From the NCBI RefSeq assembly GCF_006345805.1, contig NC_043002.1, positions 112,530,001 to 112,594,000 on the forward strand: a stretch of DNA of 64,000 bases, given 5' to 3'. Made by a program: the position numbers and the translations under genes. Under the pieces are notes generated by a model. It was not told where the DNA came from. It ran no database searches and saw nothing but the letters and a program-made list of their open reading frames with translations. Source of the DNA: Octopus sinensis (Eukaryota). Shown piece by piece: positions 1 to 13,980 of the stretch (within the stretch, counting starts at the first letter, position 1; each line of letters starts with the position of its first letter).

Positions 1-1387
1 TAATATAAGATATATGTATATATATGTGTGTGTGTGTGTGTGTTGACAGGTAGACAATAGAATGCGATGGCGATGTAATATTTGTTTCTGTCTATGAACG
101 CAGATAGATACATGAGTAAAATGTATGGGAAGCTAAGAGATAGAGTGAGTGAAAATGTTCTTGGAAGAGAGGAAATAGCGGGAGAGTGATTTGAGGAAGA
201 CTTTACATTAAATAACCAGAGTGGACTTGTCAAATGAAGAGGAGTGAGAAGGTACTGGAGGAAATAGCGTGAGTGAGGAAGATGGCCCCTAGCAACCACA
301 CATTTTAAGATATGGATTTCTAAGGTAGCCCACGAGCATCGTCACCTCATTCTACATGTCCCTGTAAATTTTGGAGCGAATCGGACGGGATGTAGTAGCA
401 TTGAAAGCGATCCAAGCGGTAAAAACGCATTTCAGTTTTATATATAGAGATATGTATGTATGTATGTATGCATGTATGTATGTATGTATGCAACTGTGCG
501 TGTAAGGACATGTTTTTATATGTGTTGCTTTGCCTTCCGCTCTCAAGTCCTTAATAGAGTCAAGGGTGACAGACAGAAAGAGAGAATTGGAAGAAAGAGA
601 AGAAATCGCCTGCGGTACGCGGCCGGTGATTTAAGCTAGCGATTCCATTCCGAAGGTTGAAATGCAAACCTAGATCTAGCGGGATTCGAAATCAGAGTGT
701 GGAGAGCCAGAACGATAAACGCAAAGAAATCATCCCAACTGACCTCATTTTCATATGTGTGCATGCACACGCGCACGGGGAGAAACGCGGACGCGCAGAC
801 ACACATACGTACACCCAGATACATAGACACGTCCACAACATACATAGACATCCTCACACAAGCATATATCATTGAATGTGTGGCTTGACGTGAAATAGCT
901 GCCAAATTTGCCTCATAGCTCACCATAGAGTTGCTCAGTTAGGGGACGAAAATAGCATCTCTAACTCACGTTGAGATTGTATAGGAATCGGCAGTAGTAG
1001 GGGAGAGTGTGAAAGCCTCTTACACCTATATAATCAATGTCAACAATCTAACAAGTATCCGACATGTTTTCTGAATTCACTCAGAGAAATTGGAGTGGGT
1101 AAACCAGATCATTGAGGTAGGTTAGGATATAATAGTCACATTTTCAAACATTTGGATGCATAAACTACATTTGTACGCTAATCTTAGATAAGACTATTGG
1201 TCAAAAACTTGGATTAGTTAACGAGAATCGTATTGCAACCGCCGAGCTAAAGGCAGAAATTGTTCTTAGCTGTTTATTCTAGCGTGTTGTTCGATTTAAT
1301 GCACATGCTCTGCACGCAGCATGCAAAATGTTGAGAGAGCATGACAGAAACTCCGCGTGGAAAGGTACCTGTGACATAAGGTACATA

Positions 1388-1620
1388 AGGTGGCGAGCTG
1401 GCAGAATCGTTAGCACGCCGGGCGAAATGCTTAGCAGTATTTCGTCTGCCGCTACGTTCTGAGTTCAAATTCTTCCGAGGTCGACTTTGCCTTTCATCCA
1501 TTCGGGGTCGATTAAATAAGTACCAGTTACGCACTGGGGTCGATATAATCGACTTAATCCGTTTGTCTGTCCTTGTTTGTCCTCTCTATGTTTAGCCCCT
1601 TGTGGGTAGTAAAGAAATAG
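1388..1620 (+). mobile_element. tRNA-derived SINE, family A, full length
   Basis: Head GGTGGCGAGCTGGCAGAA with B-box GAGTTCAAATT, core GCCTTTCATCCATTCGGGGTCGAT, end AAAGAAATAG. 17-bp TSD AGGTACCTGTGACATAA at 1363-1379 and 1619-1635. Confidence 0.92.
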
Positions 1621-2140
1621 GTACCTGTGACATAATCTTCAACGGACAGGATTTACTGCCTTGTATCTAATTCCATGCGTACATATTGCAAATTGTGAAT
1701 AACGGTAGATTGAGAATATTGACTAAGGAGGTCACAATAAATATATAACAGCATCAGTGATATGAGAAACACCGGGTGGCTACTTGAGGAGTGATTCGCT
1801 GGGACTGGGTGGGATGCACTACAAACTCTATTCACGCCACACTTGTTCATCCTTTCTCTCTTTTTTCAGACTTGGAGATTTACACGGCATATGATCCAAA
1901 CATTGGTTTCTTGTGATTTTAAACCTATAAATTTGCAAAATGAAGATTTTGACTAACGATTAAATAAGATGGTTGGTGTGTAAATCGAAGTTCATCTATC
2001 CTGCTCATCTGATACACTATTTAAGTCATATCTGTTTTCGATCAACGTATAACAGTTGAAAAAGATCGGCAGCTCACAATTAACTTTCACGAATGTAGTT
2101 GGCTTTCATCCCGTCTTCGGAATAGTCGTTTGGCATATGT

Positions 2141-2460
2141 GAGGGCGCGTGGCTTAGTGGTTAGGGCATTCGGCTCATGATCGTAAGGTTGTGAGTTCGA
2201 TTCTCGGCGACGCGTTGTGTCCTTGAGCAAGACACTTTAATTTACGTTGCTCCAGTCCACTCAGCTGGCAAAATTGAGTTGTACCTGTATTTCAAAGGGC
2301 CGGCCTTGTCACACTCTGTGTCATGCTGAATCCCCTTGTGAACTACGTTAAGGGTACACCTGTCTGTGGAATGCTCAGTCATTTGCACGTTAATTTCACG
2401 AGCAGGCTGTTCCGTTGATCGTATCAGCTGGGACTTTCGTCGTCGTAACCGACGGAGTGC
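2141..2460 (+). mobile_element. tRNA-derived SINE, family D (CORE-like middle, 3' half shared with family C)
   Basis: A-box TGGCTTAGTGG, B-box GAGTTCGATTC, CORE-like GTGTCCTTGAGCAAGACACTT, then GTACCTGTATTTCAAAGGGCCGG...CGTAACCGACGGAGTGC as in family C. Confidence 0.88.
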
Positions 2461-2837
2461 TCCTCTTTTGGCATATGTTGTGTGTCCGGAGTATAGAGAC
2501 ACTGGAGAGTCCTTTTGTGTCATGTATCGTTATAGACAGCGCCTGTAAGAAGCAACTCATTGACCCCTAATACCAACTTTGGATGTATTGAGTGGTATCT
2601 TGTTCAAACTAAGACATAGGATGCTGTAATAGTCACCTTCGAGATGATCCACTCCAGACAGGCAAATTTGTTCCAGAATAGCTTGACAAGAACTAAAACG
2701 TAAAAGATCAGGCGAAGTGGTTAATGCCGGTATATTTTCGATTGCGTGCCACCGCCTATTCATCATAAATTTAAGGAAGGTATGTCTGATATTTCAGAGC
2801 TCATATTGTTATTTTGTTGTTCTTTTTGTATAACATC

Positions 2838-3069
2838 TATTTCTTTACTACCCACAAGGGGCTAGACACAGAGGGGACAAACAAGGACAGACAAACAGAT
2901 TAAGTCGATTATATCGACCCCAGTGTGTAACTGGTGCTCATTTAATCGACCCCGAAAGGATGAAAGGCAAAGTCGACCTCGGGGGAATTCGAACTCAGAA
3001 CGTAACGTCAGACGAAATACCGCTAAACATTTCGCCCGGCGTGCTAACGATCTTGCCAGCTCACCGCCC
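2838..3069 (-). mobile_element. SINE family A
   Basis: Reverse complement of the family A consensus. 15-bp TSD TTTTTGTATAACATC at 2823-2837 and 3070-3084. Confidence 0.92.
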
Positions 3070-3735
3070 TTTTTGTATAACATCATGTCAACCGTGATGA
3101 AGTAGATTAATGACATCCCATCTTGTATCTTTCGTACATGATGTCTTTGAGCCTACATTATGCAAAGTATTCTTGCGTTTATTAAAGAAGGTAGATTGCG
3201 ATTCTAGGGAGATTCTAAGCTATCATTTCAAGCAGGTCAAGCAACAGCATAGATACTGCCTTGTTGTTGTGCTTTCAATAATGTACATAGTTATCGTTGT
3301 TACTGAAGTTAGTACTGTTATTTATACACTGATACATATTTCCGTTCATATAGTATTACAATGTTGCTGTTGTTGTTGCTGTCGTTATTCTTGCTACCAC
3401 AGTCGCTGTTGCGTTTATCACGGATTACAGCATTTCTTATTCTTCAATTTTTTTCATGATTTTTTTTGTTGCTTCCTGGCCAGTCTTATTCCCATTGGTC
3501 CATAGCCTTTGCAGACTCGAGACAGGTGACATGAGTGCAACAAACTTACAGACAGTAAGGGAATTTCTGAAGGATGATATTCTGGAGAGGAGCGACTGTC
3601 TGGTGCGGGGTTTGGCGGCGGATATAACATAAATGATGTGAGAAGGAGACAAACAAAGGGGACATGAGACCAGCAAGCTTCTAGGAGCAAAAATCCCAAT
3701 ATTAACAATATTAACCAGGCGGTAAACAGTATACA

Positions 3736-4152
3736 AAGGCGGCGAGCTGGCAGAAACGTTAGCACGCCGGGCGAAATGCTTTGCGGTATTTCGTCTGCGT
3801 TACGTTGTGAGTTCAAATTCCGCCGAGGTCGACTTTGCCTTTCATCCTTTCGGGGTCGATAAATTAAGTACAAGTTATGAACTGGGGTCGGTGTAATCGA
3901 CTTAATACCTACGTCTGTCCTTGTTTGTTCCCTTTGTGTTTAGCCCCTTGTGGGTTATAAAGAAATAGGTATTACGTCTGCGTTACGTTGTGAGTTCAAA
4001 TTCCGCCGAGGTCGACTTTGCCTTTCATCCTTTCGGGGTCGATAAATTAAGTACCAGTTACGCACTGGGGTCGATGTAATCGACTTAATACCTATGTCTG
4101 TCCTTGTTTGTTCCCTTTGTGTTTAGCCCCTTGTGGGTAGTAAAGAAATAGG
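3736..4152 (+). mobile_element. SINE family A, head-body-body dimer
   Basis: One head and two ~183-bp bodies joined at ...AAATAGGTATT(A)CGTCTG near 3968. 15-bp TSD GGTAAACAGTATACA at 3721-3735 and 4151-4165. Confidence 0.92.
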
Positions 4153-5592
4153 TAAACAGTATACACATGGACCAAAGATTGAGTCGCATCTTTTATGTTG
4201 ACATAGTTTTTTTTTTATTCAGGTTTCAGGTTAAACCCTCATTTTCTGTTTCGTTAAGTAACAATGGATCATTCCTTTATTTATTTATTTATTGCAAATT
4301 AATACAATCTATTTTCTTTCCTTTCATTACTTTCTTTCGGGGTTTGGCTGGGGGGAGTGAGGCTGACAATATCATTCAAGTGCAATTTCCTTCGATACTA
4401 TCACTACTGCTATTAAACAGATCGGCTCATTCGCTCAGTCGATATTCTCGTAGTTTATTGAAGTGGGCAGCATTTCCTGTAGGGACCTGTTACATTTATT
4501 CATTCTTTCGTACTTCTGCCTCTTCATGCGTCACATACGCAGGTGTTCACTTTGATCCATATTCATCGATTTTCTTTTCTTTTTATTCTCATTTGCGTCT
4601 GTTAGGTTCATTTTCAGTGTTAATGCTGGTCGCTCTGTTGGGATATTTTTGTTGTTGTTGTTAGGTGTGGGTTTAGGAATGACTGTCTTCTCAGTGCTTT
4701 TATGAAGACTTCTAAGATTATCATCTTTCGGGATGTTAGCGCCACTTTCTATGACCCTTATTTATTTATTGTGGTCGGGAATTAGTAATAATGGTACACC
4801 TCTCCTTCGTGATGAATAGAATAACCTAGTCACCATGAGTAAAGAGAAGTACGTGAAGTACCGGAGTACGTAGTAGGCGGTCAGAGTTAGTCGTGTCTTA
4901 ATTGGTTTTACTAAGTATTCTGTATACTGAAGTGGGCGTTATAACACGCCAACGTTTTAAGGATTATAACATTTATTTAATTATTGCAATGTATCCCGTT
5001 TGTTTCTTGTGTAGTGGACTGTGTAGCATTTTCACTATTATGAAGCCTTAATTATCGCATGCCTGTTAGTCTCTGTTATGTTTCATTCTTCTGTGGAGTT
5101 TTATATGTATTTTTAGCAAAAGGTGTGTTCTCTTGTTATTCTTGAATTGATTCGTGGTTAATCGTGCATGTTGTCAGTGTTTTGTCATATTTTCATCGAG
5201 TATTTTTCTATAAATTGCGCTATTTCAGTTTTAAGGCTATTGTTATGGTTTATTATATAAATCTCCGTACTTTTACTAGTATGTTTCCTGTGTTATTTTA
5301 CCTCACTTCTTCGGCGTTTTCCTATAATTTACATACCACTTTTACTCTGCTCTTGTATGGTAGATATCTTAGATATAATGTTGTTAGGTACTGAAAACGT
5401 AATTGTTCAATATAGCATTCCATAAATCATTTGTTCAATGTCCTCCTATAATTTCGCATTTATTTTTTACATTGATGGGTTTTTTTCTATTCGAAGTTAG
5501 CCTTTTGAGAGGACATCGCATCTGAACTACGTGTCAAGTTATTTTCGCATTGTGACCATTATCAACACACGCTTATGAAATTATACGTGTGG

Positions 5593-5973
5593 TGGAAGCA
5601 CTCCGTCGGTTACGACGACGAGGGTTCCGGTTGATCCGAATCAACGGAACAGCCTGCTCGTGAAATTAACGTGTAAGTGGCTGAGCACTCCACAGACACC
5701 TGTACCCTTAACGTAGTTCTCGGGGATATTCAGCGTGACACAGAGAGTGACAAGGCCGGCCCTTTGAAATACAGGTACAACAGAAACAGGAAGAAAGAGT
5801 GAGAGAAAGTTGTGGCGAAAGAATACAGCAGGGATCACCACCATCCCCTGCCGGAGCCTCGTGGAGCTTTAGGTGTTTTCGCTCAATAAACACTCACAAC
5901 GCCCGGTCTGGGAATCGAAACCGCGATCCTATGACCGCGAGTCCGCTGCCCTAACCACTGGGCCATTGCGCCT
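5593..5973 (-). mobile_element. tRNA(Arg)-like SINE, family C
   Basis: Minus-strand head GGCGCAATGGCCCAGTGGTTAGGGCAGCGGACTCGCGG (TCG anticodon-like), B-box GTTTCGATTCC, tail CGTAACCGACGGAGTGCTTCCA. Near-identical to five other copies. Confidence 0.92.
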
Positions 5974-6245
5974 ACACAAACACACACGTTTCAGAGGCTT
6001 GCGTATACTATTATCATGCAACATTTTGCGAACTCCATCTGCCAACATTATGACGTAATCCCGAGACCCCAGAAAATGCTGTCAGACCTGCAATATTTCA
6101 CCTTCACCCCTTAATTCTTTGTGCTTTTGTATACTATGTAAGTTTGCTCTGTTAATATATAAATATCTATATAGTTATTACATGAATGTTCCTCGGCTGA
6201 ATATTTTCAGTCTTTGTTTTATCTCTATTTACATGTAGGTATGTA

Positions 6246-6737
6246 TACTCTTTACTCTTTACTATTTTACTTGTTTCAGTCATTTGACTGCGGCCATGCT
6301 GGAGCACCGCCTTTAGTCGAGCAAATCGACCCCGGTACTTATTCTTTGTAAGCCCAGTACTTATTCTATCGGTCTCTTTTGCCGAACCGATAAGTGACGG
6401 GGACGTAAACACACCAGCATCGGTTGTCAAGCGATGTTGGGGGAACAAACACAGACACACAACCGCTAAGTGACGGAGACGTAAACACACCAGCATCGGT
6501 TGTCAAGCGATGTTGGGGGGACAAACACAGACACACAAACATATACACACATACATATATACATATACATATATACGACAGGCTTCTTTCAGTTTCCGAC
6601 TACCAAATCCACTCACAAGGCATTGGTCGGCCCGAGGCTATAGCAGAAGACACTTGCCCAAGATGCCACGCAGTGGGACTGAACCCGGAACCATGTGGTT
6701 GGTAAGCAAGCTACTTACCACACAGCCACTCCTGCGT
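6246..6737 (-). mobile_element. SINE family B with internal microsatellite and an internal ~78-bp tandem duplication
   Basis: Head GCAGGAGTGGCTGTGTGGTAAG, CORE-like CTTGGGCAAGTGTCTT, (TA/TG) spacer, (GTAAAAGA)n tail. The segment TAAGTGACGG...CAAACACAGACACAC occurs twice (about 6390-6540). Confidence 0.9.
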
Positions 6738-7336
6738 CTATGTATGTTTATTTTATATCACTAGCTCAAGCGGTTTTATATGTTTATTTCCATTTCTCTC
6801 TCTCTCTCTGTCTCTCTCGATATATTCACACACGCGCACACAAACACATAACCTGCTTTCTCGTACACGAGCAAAACCATTGCTAGAAAGAATAATTGAA
6901 AAGAGTTATTGATGATGCAATGTGAGGCCTTTGTATGACTCTTGAGACCGGCTAAACATTCGCACATTCTATTACATAATGCACAGCCGTGTTGGCTGGC
7001 ACAGTATGAAGTCTCCCTATATGCCTTTTCAATCCTCCAACTGAAAGGCGCATCGTTCCATATGTTGTACATGTTCTGTTGTGAACAATAGCCACATCAT
7101 AAATTACATACATAGATACAATGGCGGTGCCCCAGCAAATAGCGGTGCCCCAGCATGGCCACAGCTCGTGAGCTGAAACTAGATAAAATAAAATAAAATA
7201 AAAATACATACATATTTTGCAAGTAACTTTCAGATGCAAGTGCTACCACTTAAAAGCTCCGCATACTGGAGCTAGCATCGATAATAGTCGATGTGGACCT
7301 ATAAGCCCAGTAGTGCCAGTTGTACACTCAGGCTAT

Positions 7337-7338
<2 letters not shown>

Positions 7339-7367
<29 letters not shown>

Positions 7368-7607
7368 TCGTGCGTGTGTGTGTGCTTGTGTGTGTGCGTG
7401 TGTGTTTGTGCGTGTGTGTGTGTATGCGTGTGTGTGTGTGTGTGTGTGTGCATGTGTGTGTGTGTGCGTGTGTGTGTGCGTGTGTGTGTGTGCGTGTGTC
7501 GTGCGTGTGTGTGTGTGTGTGAGTGTGTGCGCGTGTGTGTGTGCGCGTATGTGTGTGTGTGTGTGCGTGTGTGTGTGTGTGTGTTTGCGCGTGTGTGTGT
7601 GTGTGCC
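7339..7607. repeat. (TG)n / (TGCG) compound microsatellite
   Basis: Direct reading of the sequence. Confidence 0.98.
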
Positions 7608-8162
7608 TATATTAATGAACGTTGACTGCCACCAGTAGCCAACGCTTCCAGCTTCAACAAGAAATCCAACACAACATCCGCCATTACCAACGCATCAACT
7701 TCTCAACGACCAACAATAACAATAGTACGAACAAAAGCAACACCATCTAAAATAAAAAGACAGTCACATAAGATATTTTAGCAATCAAGTGTTTTGTAAA
7801 AGATGAACGAAACATCTTTGATCTAAGATTGAACTGAGACTAAACAGCATCAACGATACTGTCACTGCCATCTCCAACACTACCACGACCATTACTACCA
7901 TCAGCACCACCATCAGCAACCCCAAAACCAATACGACCAACTCCACCAACCCACGAACCCACCAACTTTTGAGTAAGCAGCCGACAAGAACAATAAAAGT
8001 GTCAGCATTAAAGCATCTTTAGTTACATAGAATTTATTTCATCAAAATGATATTGTGTGTTTGTGTGAAGGAGTCGAATAAGGAGTTAATATGACTCAGT
8101 TAAGAGGTACAAGGGATATACTGTCCGGGAACGTGGTTACCCTTCAAATAACTGAAATCATA

Positions 8163-9600
8163 CAGTACTTCCTACGACCTCGCTCTGTCACCATTTCATA
8201 TTCCCATTTCCATTCTTACAGCCATAGAAATGCGACAAAAGTTTTCTTGGATTTACCAACAATTCAAGTTGTTTGGAAAGAAACCACCTAATGATGGTTT
8301 AGCAGAAGTGCCAAAAAAAAAAACGTAAAGAAGGCAGTAGCAGTAGTGCCAAAAGAAACCGTAAATTAATTATACGCGATAGTAAACGTTTTAAAAAGTT
8401 TTGATGGGAGATAAAAAAAAAATAGCCACATTGCTAAAGCGTCAAAGCTTGCAAGATCTACTGTGATAACTACAAGACAAAAGAGAGAAAACCGAGACAA
8501 ATGCTCCAGAAGTTATTCCGTTTACTCATCCGGCCTTATTTTCCCCTCGTTCTAACGGTTCTTGTGGATAGCGAGTAAGGATCAGACTCGAGCATTGTGC
8601 CGATAATCATGATAGTAATTAAGAAAGAAAGGCATAGATATTGCTTGATTATTTCCAGGAAAAGGAAATCAAAAACCTTTATAAACTAGTAAAGGCTAAC
8701 TTGAAAGATTCAGGAAGCGTTTGAATTTTCATATTAAAATGACCGGTGAAATTACTAATACTGATACAAAGATGCTACCACTTATCCTGAGTAGTTGAAG
8801 GAAATGATTGCCGAAGTGGACTACCTATCAGAGTAACGATACAATATTGATGAAACTGTAATTTTCTGAAACCTATACCTACTAAAGCTTCTAGTTTTCT
8901 AAGGTTACGCACGGTTTAATTTACCTCTGATTTCAGTTTTCAATATGACAGCATGGATGGCTAAGTGCCTTTTCCAAGAATGATTTGCGAGCATTTTATC
9001 CTCTGCTGCAGAAAGATTCAGATCCAGGTTTAATATTTCCAGCATAACAGTGTTCCTTTTAAACATTACACAAAACCTTTGATGGGGTTGGAATGAGCAT
9101 TCTGATAATATGAGTGTAGAATGAATCCTATTGAATGTAGCATCTTTACTCCAGTCAATGTATCAAGGTGAGATAGCCTACTTTAAGGCACATAATCTGA
9201 AAGATTTCAAGTCACTCATGAAAGCAATTGACAGGGAAGATGAGACTACAGTCAGAGACTTCTGGAAGAAGTTCAAAATAATGGATTTTGTGGGTAATAC
9301 AGGTGAGTATAAAGACGGAGCGAAACCCTCAACACTGAATAGTGCTTGAGAAAAATATGGACAGACTGTATCCCTGACTTTACATCTTTTCCACAAGCAG
9401 AAAGTCTACAACAAATTGCAAAAGGAAATGATGTAGGATTTAAAGAAGTCATAGAGGATGATGTGATTGGGCTACTTGTCCCATGGGGTAAGTTTAGCTA
9501 ACTTAGAATCTGATACGGTTTGAACAAAAGCAAAGAGAGAATATGGACAGAGCACGGAAATACTGCCAACTCCGTTAAAATTTATTGCAAAGAATATTGC
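8163..9600 (+). pseudogene. Decayed Tigger/pogo (CENP-B-like DDE_1) transposase
   Basis: ORF 9131-9349 LLQSMYQGEIAYFKAHNL...DREDETTVRDFWKKFKIMD...KPSTLNSA matches the Tigger C-terminal motif LLQPMDQGVIATFKA...WKKFNI. Upstream TAWMAKCLF resembles the AWMT..LF motif. TIRs not confidently located, so ends are approximate. Confidence 0.8.
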
Positions 9601-9628
9601 TAAAGTGTTGGTCTATATATATAGAGGA

Positions 9629-9861
9629 AGGCGGCGAGCTGGCAGAAACGTTAGCAGGCCGGGCGAAATGCTTAGCAGTATTTCGTCTGCCGTTACGTTG
9701 TGAGTTCAAATTCCGCCGAGGTCAACTTTGCCTTTCATCCTTTCAGGGTCGATAAATTAAGCACCAGTTACGCACTGGGGTCGATGTAATTACTTAATAC
9801 CTATGTCTGTCCTTGTTTGTCCCCTCTATGTTTAGCCCCTTGTGGGTAATAAAGAAATAGG
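9629..9861 (+). mobile_element. SINE family A inserted near the end of the Tigger remnant
   Basis: Full head and tail. TSD TATATATAGAGGAAGG at 9616-9631 and 9862-9877. Confidence 0.92.
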
Positions 9862-10025
9862 TATATATAGAGGAAGGTCTACAAATTTTTGTTAATAGCA
9901 TCCCTAAAAGTGAATATAGCATGAAAATTACTGGTGGAAAATGAGTTCAGATACTACACAGCGTAAAGAGATGATGCGCTATTATTTTTTGCAAATGGGT
10001 TGGAATATCTCATACTTTATTACAA

Positions 10026-10275
10026 TCACGATAACTATATGTGTGTATGTATAATCATATATTTATGTGTACATATGTATATATATAGATATGTATATAT
10101 ATATATATGCGCGTATGTATATGCTATTGTGCATACATAAATACATCACGATAACTATATGTGTGTATGTATAATCATATATTTATGTGTACATATGTAT
10201 ATATATAAATATGTATATATATATATATATATATATGCGCATATGTATATGTTATTGTGCATACATAAATACATA
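10026..10275. repeat. ~120-bp tandem duplication of low-complexity DNA
   Basis: TCACGATAACTATATGTGTGTATGTATAATCATATATTTATGTGTAC...TTGTGCATACATAAATACAT occurs twice back to back. Confidence 0.9.
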
Positions 10276-10799
10276 CATTCATACATAGATAAAACAAGCC
10301 TACACGAACATGTATGCATACGTGCATGTGTGTATATGCATGTATACGTGTGCATGTGTGTGTGAGTTCGGCGTGTGTGCTCAGATATCAATATCGAAAT
10401 CTAAAAGAATAACCACAACCAGAGTCAGTTAAACGTAAGATAACGGTTGTTTTTATTCATCCAGACATCCATGCTAAATTGTAAATAGATTTACGCAGCT
10501 AATCATATACAAATGGTGTGTTACTTATATACAAATAAGTATACATATACTTGAGTAATATGTACAATATCTGTATTCCTATATAACTAACTTAATAAAG
10601 TATTATTTGTAGAATAAAATAAAAAAATAAATTCCAATAAAACAGTAATTTAATTTCTGTGACTACAAATATTTTATCTTCTTATTGCAATGAAAGTTAT
10701 GTAAACTATATTGTATGTATACGCAGTATGCATGTTCGTGTTCCTGCATATATATGTATGCGTTTCTGAGTGTGTGTGTGTGCATACAGATTTTTGCCG

Positions 10800-10809
10800 A
10801 TTATTATTA

Positions 10810-10846
<37 letters not shown>

Positions 10847-11003
10847 GATTATTATTATTATTATTGTTATTATTGTTATTATCATCATCATCATCATCAT
10901 CAGTATCATTAATAATAATAACAACACAACATAATAATAATAAAATAATCATAATGATGATGATAATAATAATAATAATTACAATAATAATAATAATAAT
11001 AAC

Positions 11004-11036
<33 letters not shown>

Positions 11037-11067
11037 TAAAAATAATAATAATAATAACAATAATAAC

Positions 11068-11102
<35 letters not shown>

Positions 11103-11429
11103 CAACAACCACAAACAACAACAACAATAAAAATAATAATAATAATAATAATAATTATTATTATTATTATTATTATATTATGATTATATTATTATTATTG
11201 TTATTATTGTTTTATCATCATCATCATCATCATCAGTATCATAATAATAATAACAACAACAATAATAATAATAATAATAATAATGATGATGATATAATAA
11301 TAATAATAATTACAATAATAATAATAATAATAATAATATAATAATAATAAAAATAAAAATAATAATAATAATAACAATAATAACAATAATAATAATAATA
11401 ATAATAATAACAACAACAACAACAACAAC

Positions 11430-11517
<88 letters not shown>

Positions 11518-11537
11518 ACAATAATAATAATAATAAT
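10800..11537. repeat. Compound (TTA)n/(TAA)n/(CAA)n/(TCA)n array with alternating polarity
   Basis: Direct reading. The marker ATCATCAGTATCA recurs near 10900 and 11232. Confidence 0.95.
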
Positions 11538-11585
11538 GTTTGAAAGTATGTACTATTGTATTAATGTGCGCATGTTTGTATGCAG

Positions 11586-12893
11586 ACGAGGTGGAATCAA
11601 TAACCGGACTAGTTCTGAGGGTGCCAAAGGACGGAAACTTACGGTTGCATGCGCAGTGAGAGTTAGCAGTGAAATTCATGATGCTGTGTGTCAAGTGACA
11701 TCGCTGTATTTACTTCGCAAGTTATGAAACTTGTGTCTTTTGTGATCACGTGTATGCTGTAGTCTACGATTTGTGTCGTAGACAGGAAGTTAGAACAAAG
11801 AGCCAGCTTGTAATTTTGCGTCAAGTTTGGGAAGTCTGCTAGAGAGGCTTTGAACATACATCGGCAAGCTTACGGTGACGAGACAGTGGGTCGTACGCAA
11901 TGATTCCAGTGACACGGGTGCTTCAAAAGAGGTAGAATACCCCTGGATATGGAAGCACTCCGTCGGTTCCGACGACGAGGGCTCCGGTTGATCCGAATCA
12001 ACGGAACAGCCTGCTCGTGAAATTAACGTGTAAGTGGCTGAGCACTCCACAGACACGTGTACCCTTAACGTAGTTCTCGGGGATATTCAGCGTGACACAG
12101 AGAGTGACAAGGCCGGCCCTTTGAAATACAGGTACAACAGAAACAGGAAGTAGGAGTGAGAGAAAGTTGTGGTGAAAGAGTACAGCAGGGATCACCACCA
12201 TCCCTTGCCGGAGCCTCGTGGAGCTTTTAGGTGTTTTCGCTCAATAAACACTCACAACGCCCGGTCTGGGAATCGAAACCGCGATCCTACGACCGCAAGT
12301 CCGCTGCCCTAACCACTGGGCCATTGCGCCTCCACCCCTAGATAAGCGATCTGGAAGACCAACCACGAGCGTTACCCCTGGAAATCAGGAAAAAATTCAA
12401 CAGCTTGTGCCTGAAGATTGTCGGAGGACAATCACCGATATTGCTGATGTTGTCGGTCTGTTGTTTGAGTCCAAGCAGGCAATCCTATTGTCCGCGAAGA
12501 ACTCGATTCTCCAACACGACAACGCACCCTGCCTCACAAGTGAGTTCTTCTCTCTCGTGAATTTCTCGCAAGAAACTTGATATCGCTTCGGCGCCCACCC
12601 TTTTCGTCAAATTAAGCACCTACGGACTTCCATCTTTTCCCCAAAATGAAAATGCAGCTCAAATGTCACCGTTTTAACACACCGTTGTCGAGATCAAGAG
12701 CGAATCGCAGAAGGCCCTCGACTCGCTTACGGAAAACGACTTCCAAGCCGGGATCCATGAGTGGCAGGAACTCTGGGACTGGTGTATTGCTGCGCAAGGT
12801 GACTATTTCGAAGGAGATGATGCTTAAACTTAGGTGAATAAGTTATCTTTTATTGAACATCACTAGTCCGGGAACGTTTGCTTGTGAGTTCAT
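11586..12893 (+). mobile_element. Internally deleted, decayed mariner transposon interrupted by a family C SINE
   Basis: Degenerate TIRs (CGAGGTGGAATCAA..CCGGACTAGT / ACTAGTCCGGGAACG..). Transposase remnants KFGKSA, KRSGRP, HDNAPC, FHLFPKMK, AQGDYFEGD. 5' region is homologous to the 51.7-52.6 kb copy. Confidence 0.88.
11950..12333 (-). mobile_element. SINE family C nested in mariner
   Basis: Full copy. TSD ACCCCT(G/A)GATA at 11939-11949 and 12334-12344. Confidence 0.93.
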
Positions 12894-12898
12894 ACACA

Positions 12899-12951
<53 letters not shown>

Positions 12952-12969
12952 ACACACACACACACACAT

Positions 12970-13035
<66 letters not shown>

Positions 13036-13134
13036 CTGAATCTATTGGCATATGCTAACACAAATGTCTTCCTCTTCGTCCGTATATCTAAAAGGCATTG
13101 TATTTAATTTTTATAACATCAAATTTTAGCGACA

Positions 13135-13330
13135 TTTGGTGAGGGTATTGTTTGCAATCGTGCATTCAAATCCCGGACCGAGAAGTGCGCTGTGTTCTTA
13201 AGCAAAACACTTCATCTCACGTTGCTCTGCGATCACTTCATGTGACGTGTGGCACGCCGTGAACTTGCAATGGAGGGAGTGAGCGCAAACACGTGTTCCC
13301 TGTAAATAAATCATTTATGCTGGTTGTTCA
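13135..13330 (+). mobile_element. Old diverged CORE-like SINE fragment
   Basis: B-box-like GCATTCAAATCCC followed by GTGTTCTTAAGCAAAACACTTCATCTCACGTTGCTC, similar to the family D middle. Confidence 0.55.
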
Positions 13331-13566
13331 GCAAAAAATTATAGACCCGTCTTTCTCGGATCGAGAGAGGAACTAAAATAAAATAAGATATTCACACAAA
13401 TTTAAATCTAAGTTACATTTCACAGCCTTGGAGGTCTCATTGTTTGTTTCTCTCCGGCAAACCTTCCTCTTAAGTTCTTGAGAATATCTGCTCCGTACCA
13501 TTTCATGTATAAACATTGCTGTCTAATACACGTTCCGCTGCAATCAATGTAAAGATTTCAAGAATA

Positions 13567-13980
13567 TACTCTTTTACTCTTTTACTCTTTTACTTGTTTC
13601 AGTCATTTGACTGCGGCCATGCTGGAGCACCGCCTTTAGTCGAGCAAATCGACCCCGGGACTTATTCTTTTTGTAAGCCCAGTACTTATTCTATCGGTCT
13701 CTTTTTGCCGAACCGCTAAGTGACGGGGACGTAAACACACCAGCATCGGTTGTCAAGCAATGCTAGGGGGACAAACACAGACACACAAACATACACGCAC
13801 ATACATATATATACATATATACGACAGGCTTCTTTCAGTTTCCGTCTACCAAATCCACTCACAAGGCATTGGTCGGCCCGAGGCTGTAGTAGAAGACACT
13901 TGCCCAAGGTACCACACAGTGGGACTGAACCCGGAACCATGTGGTTGGTTAGCAAGCTACTTACCACACAGCCACTCCTG
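13567..13980 (-). mobile_element. SINE family B
   Basis: Head, CORE-like box, internal microsatellite and (GTAAAAGA)n tail all present. Confidence 0.92.

Noticed and set aside
3070-5580. ORFs 3110-3505 and 4167-4664, and similar A-rich DNA at 59740-60240, as genes
   Set aside because: Low-complexity reverse frames of what is probably an old retroelement 5' region, with no recognisable domain.
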